Positions 40,286 through 49,726 of a stretch of 64,000 nt of DNA are shown here, one piece after another. How positions within the stretch are numbered: position 1 is the first letter of the stretch; every line of letters starts with the position of its first letter. Source of the stretch: Candidatus Aenigmatarchaeota archaeon. Its GTDB lineage: Archaea; Aenigmatarchaeota; Aenigmatarchaeia; GW2011-AR5. The stretch lies in contig JACPJW010000001.1 of NCBI GenBank assembly GCA_016187335.1, positions 192,001 through 256,000 on the forward strand, in the 5' to 3' direction. Under the pieces are notes generated by a model. The model did not search any database, had not been told where the DNA came from, and saw nothing but the letters and a program-made list of their open reading frames with translations. The translations under genes and the position numbers were made by a program.

Positions 40286-40990
40286 TCACCTAGCTCTATT
40301 AATTATGAATTTTTTTTCTTCTAACCGTAAGTTATATTTTTCCTTGTTATGCCTTTCTATTTCTTTGCCTTTATTGATGCAAAGACTATTGAGAAACGAG
40401 TTTATACTTCTTTTACTAGATTTTGGTTTTTTTCTTAGAAAATCTTTCAGTTTTTCAATATATTCGTCGTACACTTTTGCTTTCAACTCATCGCTCATGA
40501 GTTTATTATACCACATTGTAAGCAAAATTCTAGAAACTGCATTGGTTTCCTTCCCAGAGTAATGGTCTCGTTTTATAAAATCTTTTGCAAGTGATATCGA
40601 AAGTTCTTCTAGCAACTCTTTTAATTCCTTTTTCTCGATTCCGGAATTGTCAAATTCTCTATCAAACTTGTCTTTATGATTCCATATGTCTACAACAAAA
40701 ATTTTTTTTATTGTTTTAGGCATGTTTAACTCATCAGCAAAGGTACCGGAAAATTTTTTTCCAATTATATTCATATCTGAAATTAGTTTTCTAACGCCAT
40801 TCTGATGTATCCAATTTTTACAATTAATTATTAGAGTTTCTTTTTTATTAGAAGCTAAGACATCTATGTCTGACCAACCAAATTGTTTTTTACTTTCACG
40901 TTTAATCCTTAAAGGGAAATTACGCTGCGTTAGATATCCATTATTTCTACACCATGCTTCAGTAATATCTTCAACATAAGAAAATACCAT
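40286..40990 (-). CDS. PD-(D/E)XK-like nuclease (Hjc/Mrr-like)
   Basis: EAWCRNNGY...SDIDVLA...INCK. Confidence 0.65.
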   Translation of the reverse strand: MVFSYVEDITEAWCRNNGYLTQRNFPLRIKRESKKQFGWSDIDVLASNKKETLIINCKNWIHQNGVRKLISDMNIIGKKFSGTFADELNMPKTIKKIFVVDIWNHKDKFDREFDNSGIEKKELKELLEELSISLAKDFIKRDHYSGKETNAVSRILLTMWYNKLMSDELKAKVYDEYIEKLKDFLRKKPKSSKRSINSFLNSLCINKGKEIERHNKEKYNLRLEEKKFIINRAR

Positions 40991-41093
40991 TTTTTCACCT
41001 CTACAACCTCTTCCTCAATCATTATTACAATTTCATAGTCTCACCACCTTTTACTGACCTCTCGAAAAATTGGAGTCTTTCGAGATGAAGACT

Positions 41094-41603
41094 CTATTTT
41101 ATCGGAAATAATTTAATTACTGAGCCGCTTGCACGTCGCTGACGCGCCGGATTATCTAATTTTGAAACAGCAACGGCATCTTTACCATTGCTTAAATATT
41201 TTAGATTTTTAAATGGAAATACGAATGCACGTAATGATCCATCTTTATTTCCAACAACTATTCCTATCCAAGCATCAGTTTTCCATGCTTTCATGGAATT
41301 TTTTATTTGTTTTGATCCTATAGGAATCGTGGGTACAAATTTTTTATATGTTTTTGAGATTCTTGCCTTCACTGAAATACCAATAATTTTATTTTTCTGA
41401 AAAATTTTTCCTCTAGAATCAATAGCAAATAAATCAAAACCGATGTTACGTGCTCTTACTACATTAACGCCTTTTTTAGATAACAAATAAGTTATAAAAC
41501 TTTCTCCAAAATCTCCAGAATGAATTGCTTCGCTACCTATATTTGGATTATTCTTCCAAGCTTTTTTACCAGCAATGGACATTTTGTTTTTCATACTCTG
41601 CAA
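41094..41603 (-). CDS. PD-(D/E)XK-like nuclease
   Basis: GDFGESF...GFDLFA...ISVKAR. Confidence 0.7.
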   Translation of the reverse strand: MQSMKNKMSIAGKKAWKNNPNIGSEAIHSGDFGESFITYLLSKKGVNVVRARNIGFDLFAIDSRGKIFQKNKIIGISVKARISKTYKKFVPTIPIGSKQIKNSMKAWKTDAWIGIVVGNKDGSLRAFVFPFKNLKYLSNGKDAVAVSKLDNPARQRRASGSVIKLFPIK

Positions 41604-41639
41604 CCGATTTCACAATCTTCGCTCAATCATATTACGATT

Positions 41640-42290
41640 CTATAACCTCGCCACCCTGCCCGCATCAGTAAGCTGGTAGCCCTTGCCTTCTGCGACTTCT
41701 ATGAGGCCCATGTCCTTCAGCGCCTTGATGCTGCGGTATGCCATGGCGCGCGTGATTCCTAATTTGTCTGCGAGCTCTGCAACGTTCTGGTTGTCCTCTA
41801 TTTCTTCTAAAATTCGGAGCTGGCTTTTTGTGACTTTGAAGGGCAGTATGGGCAATATAACAGGGTTTTTGCTCTCCCATGGAACATAAAATATCTTCTT
41901 TATGCGGTCCCAGCGCTTGTAAGCCGCGAGTAGGACGCCGAGGGCTTTCGGCTTCTTGCCTGAGGTGATGTTTATGTAAATCTCATCCTTGTTCGGGATG
42001 GCATCAATAAGCTCCACGACCTCTGTTGCAGATGATACGGCGTCCAGGTGGTCAACGGATTTTTCCTTGATCTCGATGACCTTGCCGAGCGTTCTCTTTA
42101 TCTCAGCCACGGACTTTTCCTGCAAATCATCCTCGGGCTTTCTGTCCTTGATAAGGTATATCCTGTCGGCAGACAGCTTGTTCGCAAGAAGAAAAATGGA
42201 GTCGGATGTGTGCACAGTACTGACCAGCACCCTTGCCATATCCTCGTCTTTTTCCTGAACGCTTATATCGTTTACAGTATAATTTTCCAT
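41640..42290 (-). CDS. CARF (Csa3/DUF6293-like) plus winged-HTH transcriptional regulator
   Basis: Rossmann-like N-domain (ADRIYLI, IYINITSGKK) and C-terminal wHTH (VAELADKLGITRAMAYRSIKALKDMGLI). Confidence 0.8.
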   Translation of the reverse strand: MENYTVNDISVQEKDEDMARVLVSTVHTSDSIFLLANKLSADRIYLIKDRKPEDDLQEKSVAEIKRTLGKVIEIKEKSVDHLDAVSSATEVVELIDAIPNKDEIYINITSGKKPKALGVLLAAYKRWDRIKKIFYVPWESKNPVILPILPFKVTKSQLRILEEIEDNQNVAELADKLGITRAMAYRSIKALKDMGLIEVAEGKGYQLTDAGRVARL

Positions 42291-42352
42291 GATATTGTAT
42301 ACTATTTTGATATATCTTTAAATATTTCGGTATACATTAACTACGTGGGGGT

Positions 42353-42583
42353 TTGATGGCTTCGGCAATGGCAGTGCGGACATCGGAAAACAGGATAAGC
42401 AGTCTGCAGGCGGAAAAGAAGCGGCTCATGTGGCACAATCACAGGATATACTGCTCTGAATGCAGAAAGTATTATCCCGAAGGCAAATGCAAAATAAGGA
42501 TAAATTTCGGGGAGGGCGGCTGGTGGTTCGACGATATTGAAGCGAAATGCCCGAAAGGCCATTCATTCATCGTGCATGATTAG
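42353..42583 (+). CDS. Small Cys/His-rich protein
   Basis: CSEC...CPKGH; divergent from the CARF-HTH gene. Confidence 0.55.
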   Translation: MMASAMAVRTSENRISSLQAEKKRLMWHNHRIYCSECRKYYPEGKCKIRINFGEGGWWFDDIEAKCPKGHSFIVHD

Positions 42584-42674
42584 GTGATTTCATGCAGCCC
42601 TGAAGCCAAAATATTATGGGGCGCAAAGCACGGGCCGAAAAGAAAGATGCTCATGTTGGCGGTGTGGTGATATT

Positions 42675-42893
42675 ATGATATGCGCTCTTTGCCCGAAAGG
42701 TAAAAGAGAAGTTATGGATGACAGCACTAACGTGGACCCTCGCGGCAGAAACCATATTCATGTCTTGCAGGTAAACAAGAAAGGCAAGATCGTCTGGGGA
42801 ATGTGCTATCTTGACAAGTTAGTGCCTTTCAGCAGGTTTGAGGATTTTACTGCTGATGTTTCCTGTCTGATTAAAGAAACCAAGAAAAAATAA
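42675..42893 (+). CDS. Small hypothetical protein
   Basis: MICALCPKG; GGTG RBS-like element. Confidence 0.5.
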   Translation: MICALCPKGKREVMDDSTNVDPRGRNHIHVLQVNKKGKIVWGMCYLDKLVPFSRFEDFTADVSCLIKETKKK

Positions 42894-42983
42894 TGGACTG
42901 GTCGGGACTTTCACCAACTTTGCTTCCTCTTTTGATCAAACTTTGGAGCAGCAAAGTTTGCTTTGAACCCGAAGCCTCCTGGC
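42894..42983 (-). tRNA. Orphan 3' half of a tRNA-Ala-type gene with a 54-nt 59/60 intron (42908-42961)
   Basis: G-CCAGG-AGGCU-UCGGG-UUCAAA[intron]U-CCCGA-CCAGUCC-A; BHB UUCA/UGAA; no 5' half nearby. Confidence 0.8.
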
Positions 42984-42996
42984 TATAATGTCGCAT

Positions 42997-44379
42997 CTAT
43001 TTCACAAAGCCCTGCTTGATATCGCCGATGTCAAAAAGCAGTACATTGTTTTCCCTGATTCTTTTGCTGAAACTCCTGGCAAAGACGGCATAGTAGTCTT
43101 TTCTGTCTTTTTTGAAAAGCTCAACCTGCTCTGATTTTTTCTTTAAGCCGCTTATTACAGCGTTAGGATCAGCATTGTCTTTCCATTTGCATTCGCAGAA
43201 CAGCATTTCTTTTGTTTTTTTGTTGAAGGCTACCATGTCCATTTCTTCCTGCCTGCTCCACCATCTGCCTATATTTGTGGCGCTGAAAGGGAGCCTGCCC
43301 TTTGCATTGGCTTCTATCAGAAACTCCCTGCATACGCCTTCGAATGCCTTTCCCACAAATGCCGTGAAATTACTCCTTACGCTTTCCGTTACAGGCCCGG
43401 AATTCTCTATTTCCAGATAAGACATGTTAGGGTACACAAAACGGAACCAGAAATTGAAGAAATTGTCATTTATGAAATAAAGGGTCTTCTTGCTTTTCGG
43501 CTTCATCTCTGTGACAGGATTTTCCTTCTTTATGAGCCCCATGCCTTTTTCAAGCACGTTCAGGAAGTAACTGAGCGAGGTCTGCTTTATGCTTATCATG
43601 TCGGCTATCTCATTTGTCTTTGTCCTTCCTTGTGCTATTAGCTTCATTATATTGAAGTATGTCGCAGGATTCGGAAGCTCTGTTCTTATGAGCATATCAG
43701 GCTCGTTGTAAAGCGCGCCTCTTTTTGAAAGTATGCTCGCCTCTATGCTTTTTATCACATCCACCTTCGCATCCGCTTCCAGGAGATATTTTGGCGTCCC
43801 TCCGAATACTGCATAGATTTCCACTAATTTTTCTGCCGGAACAGAAGGGAACCATTCGAACAAATGCCTGAATTTGAGCGGCTCCAGGTCTATCTGGCCT
43901 GTGCGCCTGCCGTAGAGCGGTGCCGAATACTCGAAAAGCTTGTGCATCATTCCTATCGAAGAGCCCATGACAGCAAGGAAAACTCCTGATTTCTTGTGGT
44001 GGCTGTCTATCTGCTTCTGAAGAATCGAGGGTACAGATTTGTTTATAGTCAGGAATCGCTGGAACTCATCAATCACGATAACAGTCCTTTCCTGCATTCC
44101 AAGCATGCGGTCGAAAATCTCGTCCCATGCCGGCTCTCCAATAAAACTCAGTCCGAATTTTTCGTTAAGGTTTCTTGCAAAAATCAGCCTGAGCTCCTTG
44201 TCATCTATGTCAGGCACAAAGAAGTAGAGCGCTTTCTTTCCTGATATGAACTTTTCGATAAGGGCTGTCTTGCCGACACGCCTCCTGCCTATTACTGATA
44301 TGAACCTGAAGCCATCGTTCTTGTGCTCTTTGGCAAGAAACCCCAGCTCGTCCGCCCTGTTTATAAACTTTATTGTCAT
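42997..44379 (-). CDS. Archaeal AAA ATPase with DUF234 C-terminal domain
   Basis: FINRADEL, GRRRVGKT, IDEFQ, GRRTG, FGGTPKY, GRWW. Confidence 0.9.
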   Translation of the reverse strand: MTIKFINRADELGFLAKEHKNDGFRFISVIGRRRVGKTALIEKFISGKKALYFFVPDIDDKELRLIFARNLNEKFGLSFIGEPAWDEIFDRMLGMQERTVIVIDEFQRFLTINKSVPSILQKQIDSHHKKSGVFLAVMGSSIGMMHKLFEYSAPLYGRRTGQIDLEPLKFRHLFEWFPSVPAEKLVEIYAVFGGTPKYLLEADAKVDVIKSIEASILSKRGALYNEPDMLIRTELPNPATYFNIMKLIAQGRTKTNEIADMISIKQTSLSYFLNVLEKGMGLIKKENPVTEMKPKSKKTLYFINDNFFNFWFRFVYPNMSYLEIENSGPVTESVRSNFTAFVGKAFEGVCREFLIEANAKGRLPFSATNIGRWWSRQEEMDMVAFNKKTKEMLFCECKWKDNADPNAVISGLKKKSEQVELFKKDRKDYYAVFARSFSKRIRENNVLLFDIGDIKQGFVK

Positions 44380-44436
44380 GACAATTATTGTGATGACAAT
44401 AATATTTAAAGCTATCGTACTCCCGGCGAGCATGTG

Positions 44437-44553
44437 AAAAGAACTTTGTCTCCACCACATAAATGTGGTGGCTTCATTATTACCAAAGTTCTTTTACACG
44501 CCACATTCCACCTGTATTACCACCGTTTAAAAACGGTGGAATGTGAGTGTTTC
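44437..44553. repeat. Nested palindromes resembling IS200/IS605-type ends
   Basis: aaaagaactttg...caaagttctttt; ccaccaca-taaa-tgtggtgg; caccgttt-aaaaacggtg. Confidence 0.55.
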
Positions 44554-44555
44554 AA

Positions 44556-44856
44556 TGGACTGGCTGGGATTTTCAGAACTTTTCACCGTTTTCCTCGAAG
44601 AACATCAGTTCTTCGGGATCTCGGAGAACTATCGTTCTCCACAGATGATCAAACTTTTGTGAAAAGTTCGTTTGAACCCAGAGCCTCCTGCTATCTTGTT
44701 TGCCTCTTTTGATCGAACTTTGGAGTAGCAAAGTTCGTTGCAAAGCAGGCGATCTTCCTTCTCCGAACCCTTTTTGCTTCGCAAAAATCGTTCACGGAAA
44801 AACTTCTTTCCGTAGACGCTTTCTTTTTAAGAAAGGGTCTGTTGATCTACCAGCCC
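44556..44856 (-). tRNA. tRNA-Ala(UGC) with three introns (D-loop ~44759-44840; 37/38 44693-44738; 59/60 44570-44670)
   Basis: Spliced product is a 72-nt cloverleaf GGGCUGG...CCUGC-UUUGCAA-GCAGG...CCAGUCCA; BHB helices at 37/38 and 59/60. Confidence 0.9.
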
Positions 44857-45019
44857 GTGGCTAAAGCATAATATCCTAGGGCTTAAATAAATTGGTTTAA
44901 AATTGCCTGAAACAGCATCATATCCTTTAAATATTCACCCAATACATAGGACATCCTATAAACTTTCTTAAAAGAGAATTAGAGAATTTAACCAAAGAAT
45001 CTGTATTCAAAGTGATACC

Positions 45020-46300
45020 ATGGTAAAACGCCTCATTGTTCATTTCAAGGACGTGTTTTCCCCGCTGCGGCTGCGCGACCTGCGGCTTTACTGGCTGGGG
45101 CAGGTCATATCGCTCATCGGGATATGGATGCAGGCGACCGCGCAGTCGTGGGTCGTCTGGACGCTCACTGGAAGCACCGTGGACCTGGGCGCGGTCGCGA
45201 TGCTGGGCCTGCTGCCTTTCTTGCTCCTCGCGCCCTTCACTGGTTCCATCGCCGACAGGGTCGACAGGAGGAAGCTGCTGATACTGACGCAACTGGTGGC
45301 GATGACGCTCGCCTTCGTCCTTGCCTGGCTTGTCCATACCGATGCCGCCCAGCTCTGGCACATATACGTCCTCGCGCTGCTGCTTGGTATTGTGAACTCC
45401 TTTGACAGCATCGCCAACCAGGCTTTTGTCAGTGACCTGGCCGGCAGCGAGGTCAGGAAGGCCGTTATCATAAACAACATGCTGTTCCAGCTGAGCAGGA
45501 TGCTGGGCCCTGCGCTGGCCGGCATTGTCATCGCGGCGGCCGGAGCGGCTGCGGCTTTCTGGTTCAACGGCGTGACGTTCCTGGCGGTCATAGCAAGCCT
45601 GCTCGCGATAAAGGCCCACCAGCAGGTGCGCGTCGAAAGCAAGGGAAAGGCATTGGACGATTTCAAGGAAGGGCTGCGCTTCCTGCGAAGCAGCCCGGTG
45701 CTGACGGGCCTTGTATGGATAGTGACCATAACGACTTTCTTCGTCTTCCCGACAATGTTCATCCTGCCCGCTGTAGCGACTAATGTGCTCGGGGGCGACG
45801 CTTCCACTTTGGGCCTTTTAATGGCTTCTTCCGGCGCGGGAGCGCTCGTCGGATCGTTGTTCATAGCGCCGCTCGCGCAGAAGATAAGAAGAACCGGCCT
45901 GATGCTGGCCGCGGCTTCTGTATGGGCCGGGCTGTGGCTGACCGTGTTCTCTTTCAGCAATATTCTCCAGGTATCCATGATAGCATTGTTCTTTAGCAGC
46001 CTGCTGATACCTGTAATATTCACGACAGCCAACGCGCTGCTGCAGCTCATGGCGCCGCCTCATATGAAGGCGAGGATGATAAGCATCCTCATGCTGATAG
46101 GCCTCGGCATGCAGCCTGTGGCTTCGTACCTGCTGGGATATTCCGCAGCCATTCTGGGCATCCAGGCAGCGCTGCGGCTCAACGGATTATTGATGATAAC
46201 AGCTATTGCCGCCCTTCTTTTCTTTGATTCTGAACTGCGGAAATGGGAAACTGAAATCACGGTCGAGGGAAAAGGACATCCTGCCGCGGCAGGGCATTAA
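45020..46300 (+). CDS. MFS transporter (MFS_3/H+ antiporter-like)
   Basis: GSIADRVDRRKLL motif A; about 12 TMs. Confidence 0.92.
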   Translation: MVKRLIVHFKDVFSPLRLRDLRLYWLGQVISLIGIWMQATAQSWVVWTLTGSTVDLGAVAMLGLLPFLLLAPFTGSIADRVDRRKLLILTQLVAMTLAFVLAWLVHTDAAQLWHIYVLALLLGIVNSFDSIANQAFVSDLAGSEVRKAVIINNMLFQLSRMLGPALAGIVIAAAGAAAAFWFNGVTFLAVIASLLAIKAHQQVRVESKGKALDDFKEGLRFLRSSPVLTGLVWIVTITTFFVFPTMFILPAVATNVLGGDASTLGLLMASSGAGALVGSLFIAPLAQKIRRTGLMLAAASVWAGLWLTVFSFSNILQVSMIALFFSSLLIPVIFTTANALLQLMAPPHMKARMISILMLIGLGMQPVASYLLGYSAAILGIQAALRLNGLLMITAIAALLFFDSELRKWETEITVEGKGHPAAAGH

Positions 46301-46376
46301 GTTTTGAAAATTCTATATTTGTATTTTTGCTTCCATAATTTTTACGTGATTGCATGGCAAAATTCCGCGGCGGTGA

Positions 46377-47189
46377 TTGAAAATGAACATTCCTTCTGTT
46401 GTTCTGAACAGCGGCGCAAAGATGCCGCAGCTCGGCTTGGGAACATGGGACCTCCGCGGCTCTGAATGCGTTCGTGCCGTGAGGGATGCGCTGGACGCGG
46501 GTTACCGCCACGTAGACACCGCCTCGCTCTACGGCAATGAAAAGGAAGTGGGTTTAGCAGTGAAAAAAAGCGGCGTGCCGAGAAAGGATTTGTTCATTAC
46601 CAGCAAGATATGGAACGATGAGCATGACGACCCCGAAGCGGCCCTGGAGGCGTCGCTGAAGCGGCTTGGAACGGATTACGTTGATTTGTACCTGATACAC
46701 TGGCCTGTTCCAGAAAGGAACGAAACGTGGCGCGCGTTTGAGGGCTTTCTTAAAGACAAACGCTGCAGGTCCGTAGGCGTGAGCAATTTCACGGTGCGGC
46801 ATCTTAAGGAATTATTGAATAAAAGAAACGTTGTCCCCGCCGTAAACCAGATAGAATTTTCCCCGTTCCTTTACCAGAAAGACATCCTGCAGTTCTGCAA
46901 CGAAAGTAAAATACGGCTCGTGGCGTCAAGCCCGCTCACGCATGGCAGGAAGCTGAAGCATGCCGTGATTGCTGCTCTGGCGAAGAAATACAGCAAGACG
47001 CCTGCTCAGATAGTGCTGCGCTGGCACATCCAGCACGGCATCGTGCCGATACCGAAATCAAAAAGCAGGGAACGGATAGAAGAGAACGCAGCGATTTTTG
47101 ACTTTTCAATCAGCAGGGAGGACATGGCTTTGCTGGACGGCTTGGACGAGGGCTACCACTATTATGCCGACCCGGGCGACGAGCCTTGA
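46377..47189 (+). CDS. Aldo/keto reductase
   Basis: GLGTW, DTASLYGNE, DLYLIHWP, GVSNF, PIPKS. Confidence 0.95.
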   Translation: MKMNIPSVVLNSGAKMPQLGLGTWDLRGSECVRAVRDALDAGYRHVDTASLYGNEKEVGLAVKKSGVPRKDLFITSKIWNDEHDDPEAALEASLKRLGTDYVDLYLIHWPVPERNETWRAFEGFLKDKRCRSVGVSNFTVRHLKELLNKRNVVPAVNQIEFSPFLYQKDILQFCNESKIRLVASSPLTHGRKLKHAVIAALAKKYSKTPAQIVLRWHIQHGIVPIPKSKSRERIEENAAIFDFSISREDMALLDGLDEGYHYYADPGDEP

Positions 47190-47794
47190 GGGCTGCATCT
47201 TGTATATCCTCCGCTACCGAAAAGGGTTTTAATCCTGTTTTTCAAGAAAGTTGCATGAAAAAGCAGGTTCTGAAGCGCATGCCTGAAGAAACGCAGAAAG
47301 TGCATGCCGCTGATTTTGAAAAGGAAAAGAAGAAACTGGAACAGAGCTTCAAAAAGAAAGAAATGCCCTTCCGCCTGTTCTGGGTGAAGTGAAAATATCT
47401 ACTATTTCTGTTAAAACCTGTAGATAGCTTCGGCTAAATCGTATCGATAAAAAAATCCAGCTTTCTTTGCGTTTTGGAAAAAATAGCGCGCAAAGGTACA
47501 GGTAGTTCCGGGTTACGTCCCGGAACTCACGGAGCCGCAGCTCCGATGAATTGGCATTCTATCTCATGGCCCTCTTTTGATGAAACTTTTTTGAAAAGTT
47601 TCAGAGGAAAGCACACTGACTGTCGCAGAACCCTTTCGGATTCTTTTGATAAAACTTTTCTTGAAAGAAAAGTTTTTAGGAGGTGATCCAGCCGCACGTT
47701 CCCGTACGGCTACCTTGTTACGACTTAGCCCTCCTTGCAGACAATTGATTCGACTTATTCAGCATAAGCCTCACCAAAAGTCCACTCGGATGGC

Positions 47795-47826
<32 letters not shown>

Positions 47827-47840
47827 CATTCAGCGAAAGA

Positions 47841-48030
47841 TTCCACGATTATGAGATCATCATAGTGCTGCTTCTACTCGACCAAAGACATCCGCCCATA
47901 CTTTTAATCACCAGACCGCTACGGATTTCTTTCCGTAGACGCTTTCTTTTTAAGAAAGGGTCTTCATAGTCAAGCACTTCTTCTGTCTTTGATTTTGTAG
48001 CGCCAAAAAATCATTTGGATCTCACATCCA
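47841..48030 (-). other. 16S intron, 190 nt (~Ec 1360s)
   Basis: Relaxed BHB UCAU/GUGG; contains a family-2 hairpin. Confidence 0.8.
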
Positions 48031-48389
48031 TGATGACCTTCGCTTACTAGGGATTCCGGCTTCACGTGGGCGAATTGCAGCCCACGATCTGAACTAGGCG
48101 CCGGTTTGAGAGATTGGCTTCACCTCACGGTGTTGCATCCCATTGTCCGACGCATTGTAGGCCGCGTGTAGCCCCGGAAATTTAGGCCATACTGACCTGC
48201 CGTAGACCGCTCCTTCCTCTGGCTTAGCGCCAGCGGTCCCGCTAAAGTGCATGCCCTGCGTACAGGACATTCGCAACTAGCGGCACGGGTCTCACTCGTT
48301 TCGTGACTTAACACGACACTTCACAGCACGAGCTGACGACGGCCATGCAGCACTTCTCAGTTTGTTAGGTAACCCCTTTAGAGTGACCC

Positions 48390-48962
48390 TCATTCTACTG
48401 TCTTCCCGGGTGAGGTCTCCAGAGAGGAATCCTCATATTTCCAAAGAATGCGTTTGCCTTCATTCTTTCTTGCCACACTACGCGCGGATTCAAGGTCGCG
48501 CAATGTTTCCCTTATTGTGCTTGGCATCAATCTTAATCCAAGGCACAATTCTCCTATGCTCCACCACTTATCATTTTTTCTGATCAACGCAACTATCTTC
48601 TCTTTCGTTGAAGCTTTGTTGCGCATGAAGCCGCCTTTCATCCCTTCTCTTTCCAAGAGAAGCTTCGCCCATTGATTCTTAATCGGTTCCGCAAATTCCC
48701 CTGCAATGGAATAAATCTCCCTGAAAGCATTCCTATGCAGCTTGAAGCCGATGTTTTCTCTTTTGACGAACTTTTTGCTTGCCCAGCCATGCGCTTTGCA
48801 GACCTCAAAAATAGTGTTAAGCTGATTTCTGTTTCTGCTTGACTGAACAAGCACAGGCGACTCTTCAGCTATAAAGCTGAATTCAAACTCGATTAGTGGA
48901 AGGAGTATAGAAGCTGTAAGTTTTTGCCTTTCTTTGCTCGCTCGTAAACACTTATCATCCAT
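48390..48962 (-). CDS. Degenerate single-motif LAGLIDADG-like domain plus winged HTH
   Basis: LTASILLPLIEFEFSF in the motif position; C-terminal SIGELCLGLRLMPSTIRETLRDLE. Confidence 0.55.
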   Translation of the reverse strand: MDDKCLRASKERQKLTASILLPLIEFEFSFIAEESPVLVQSSRNRNQLNTIFEVCKAHGWASKKFVKRENIGFKLHRNAFREIYSIAGEFAEPIKNQWAKLLLEREGMKGGFMRNKASTKEKIVALIRKNDKWWSIGELCLGLRLMPSTIRETLRDLESARSVARKNEGKRILWKYEDSSLETSPGKTVE

Positions 48963-49015
48963 AGTACTGTATACTTTGGATGATTTATTGGTTTCCGTAC
49001 TCGAGTATTCCTCTT
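48417..49015 (-). mobile_element. 16S BHB intron, 599 nt (~Ec 978), with ORF
   Basis: CCAG/CUGG helix, AGAG/CUCU stem. Confidence 0.9.
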
Positions 49016-49035
49016 TCCTGGCGTTGAATCCAATT

Positions 49036-49075
49036 TTCGGCCCAAGCCAATGATATACGTTTCACTGAACTCGGT
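49036..49075 (-). other. 16S BHB micro-intron, 40 nt (~Ec 957)
   Basis: CGGU/GCCG helix. Confidence 0.8.
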
Positions 49076-49114
49076 AAACCGCAGCCTCCACCCCTGGTAG
49101 TGCTCCCCCGCCAA

Positions 49115-49726
49115 TTAGGGGAAAGTAATCCCATCATTTAGCAGCTTCAATCTGAGCTGCTTATCCTTGTGCCAACTTCCGATGTTTTTGCAGAAGTATA
49201 GAAGATTGTTCTTCCTTGTCAGCCTGAATTCCCAGACATTACCGCAAAAGGTAATGTTTGTTGGCTGGCAACTTTGATCAATCAAAACCTGTCTAATGAA
49301 TTCCAAAGATTCCCTGTTTTTCTGGCTGAACGAGATGTATTTCTGTTTCGCTGTATCTGGTTTCTTTGGAAGTCCTCCTTCTGCATCAAAGAATCCTTTC
49401 AAATAGTGAATTTGAATTTTCACTTTCTGTTCCTTTATGCATTTTGGAGTATCCCAGAATTCCTGCGGTGTTTCGAAATCGGATATATCGAGAATTTTTT
49501 CAACATAGCTTCTTCCGTTAATCCTCAGTATTTCCGTTCCGTTTGCATGTTTTGTTATGGTGCCGCGAGCTTCAAACTCTTTATGGAAAAGAGTTTGCAA
49601 AAGGCGTAACCATGATGTCTCTCTTTGTGCTATTTTAATTTCGTAGTTTTTTCCTTTCCTGACATCTATGGATGCGTCTCTCATAGCACCTAACAGATAC
49701 GCAAGTTCTGGGCTGACAGGCTTCAC
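49115..49726 (-). CDS. Two-motif LAGLIDADG homing endonuclease
   Basis: LAYLLGAMRDASI and YLKGFFDAEGGL. Confidence 0.9.
   Translation of the reverse strand: MKPVSPELAYLLGAMRDASIDVRKGKNYEIKIAQRETSWLRLLQTLFHKEFEARGTITKHANGTEILRINGRSYVEKILDISDFETPQEFWDTPKCIKEQKVKIQIHYLKGFFDAEGGLPKKPDTAKQKYISFSQKNRESLEFIRQVLIDQSCQPTNITFCGNVWEFRLTRKNNLLYFCKNIGSWHKDKQLRLKLLNDGITFP

Noticed and set aside
41125-41150. Small hairpin (cgtc-gct-gacg) near the nuclease C-terminus
   Set aside because: The stem is too short to distinguish from chance
28284-44556. Intact provirus or integrative element at tRNA-Ala
   Set aside because: No integrase, replication or capsid gene seen; the tRNA copies differ and flank only one ATPase gene
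44927-46050. Long minus-strand ORFs (230 and 320 aa)
   Set aside because: Shadows of the GC-rich MFS gene
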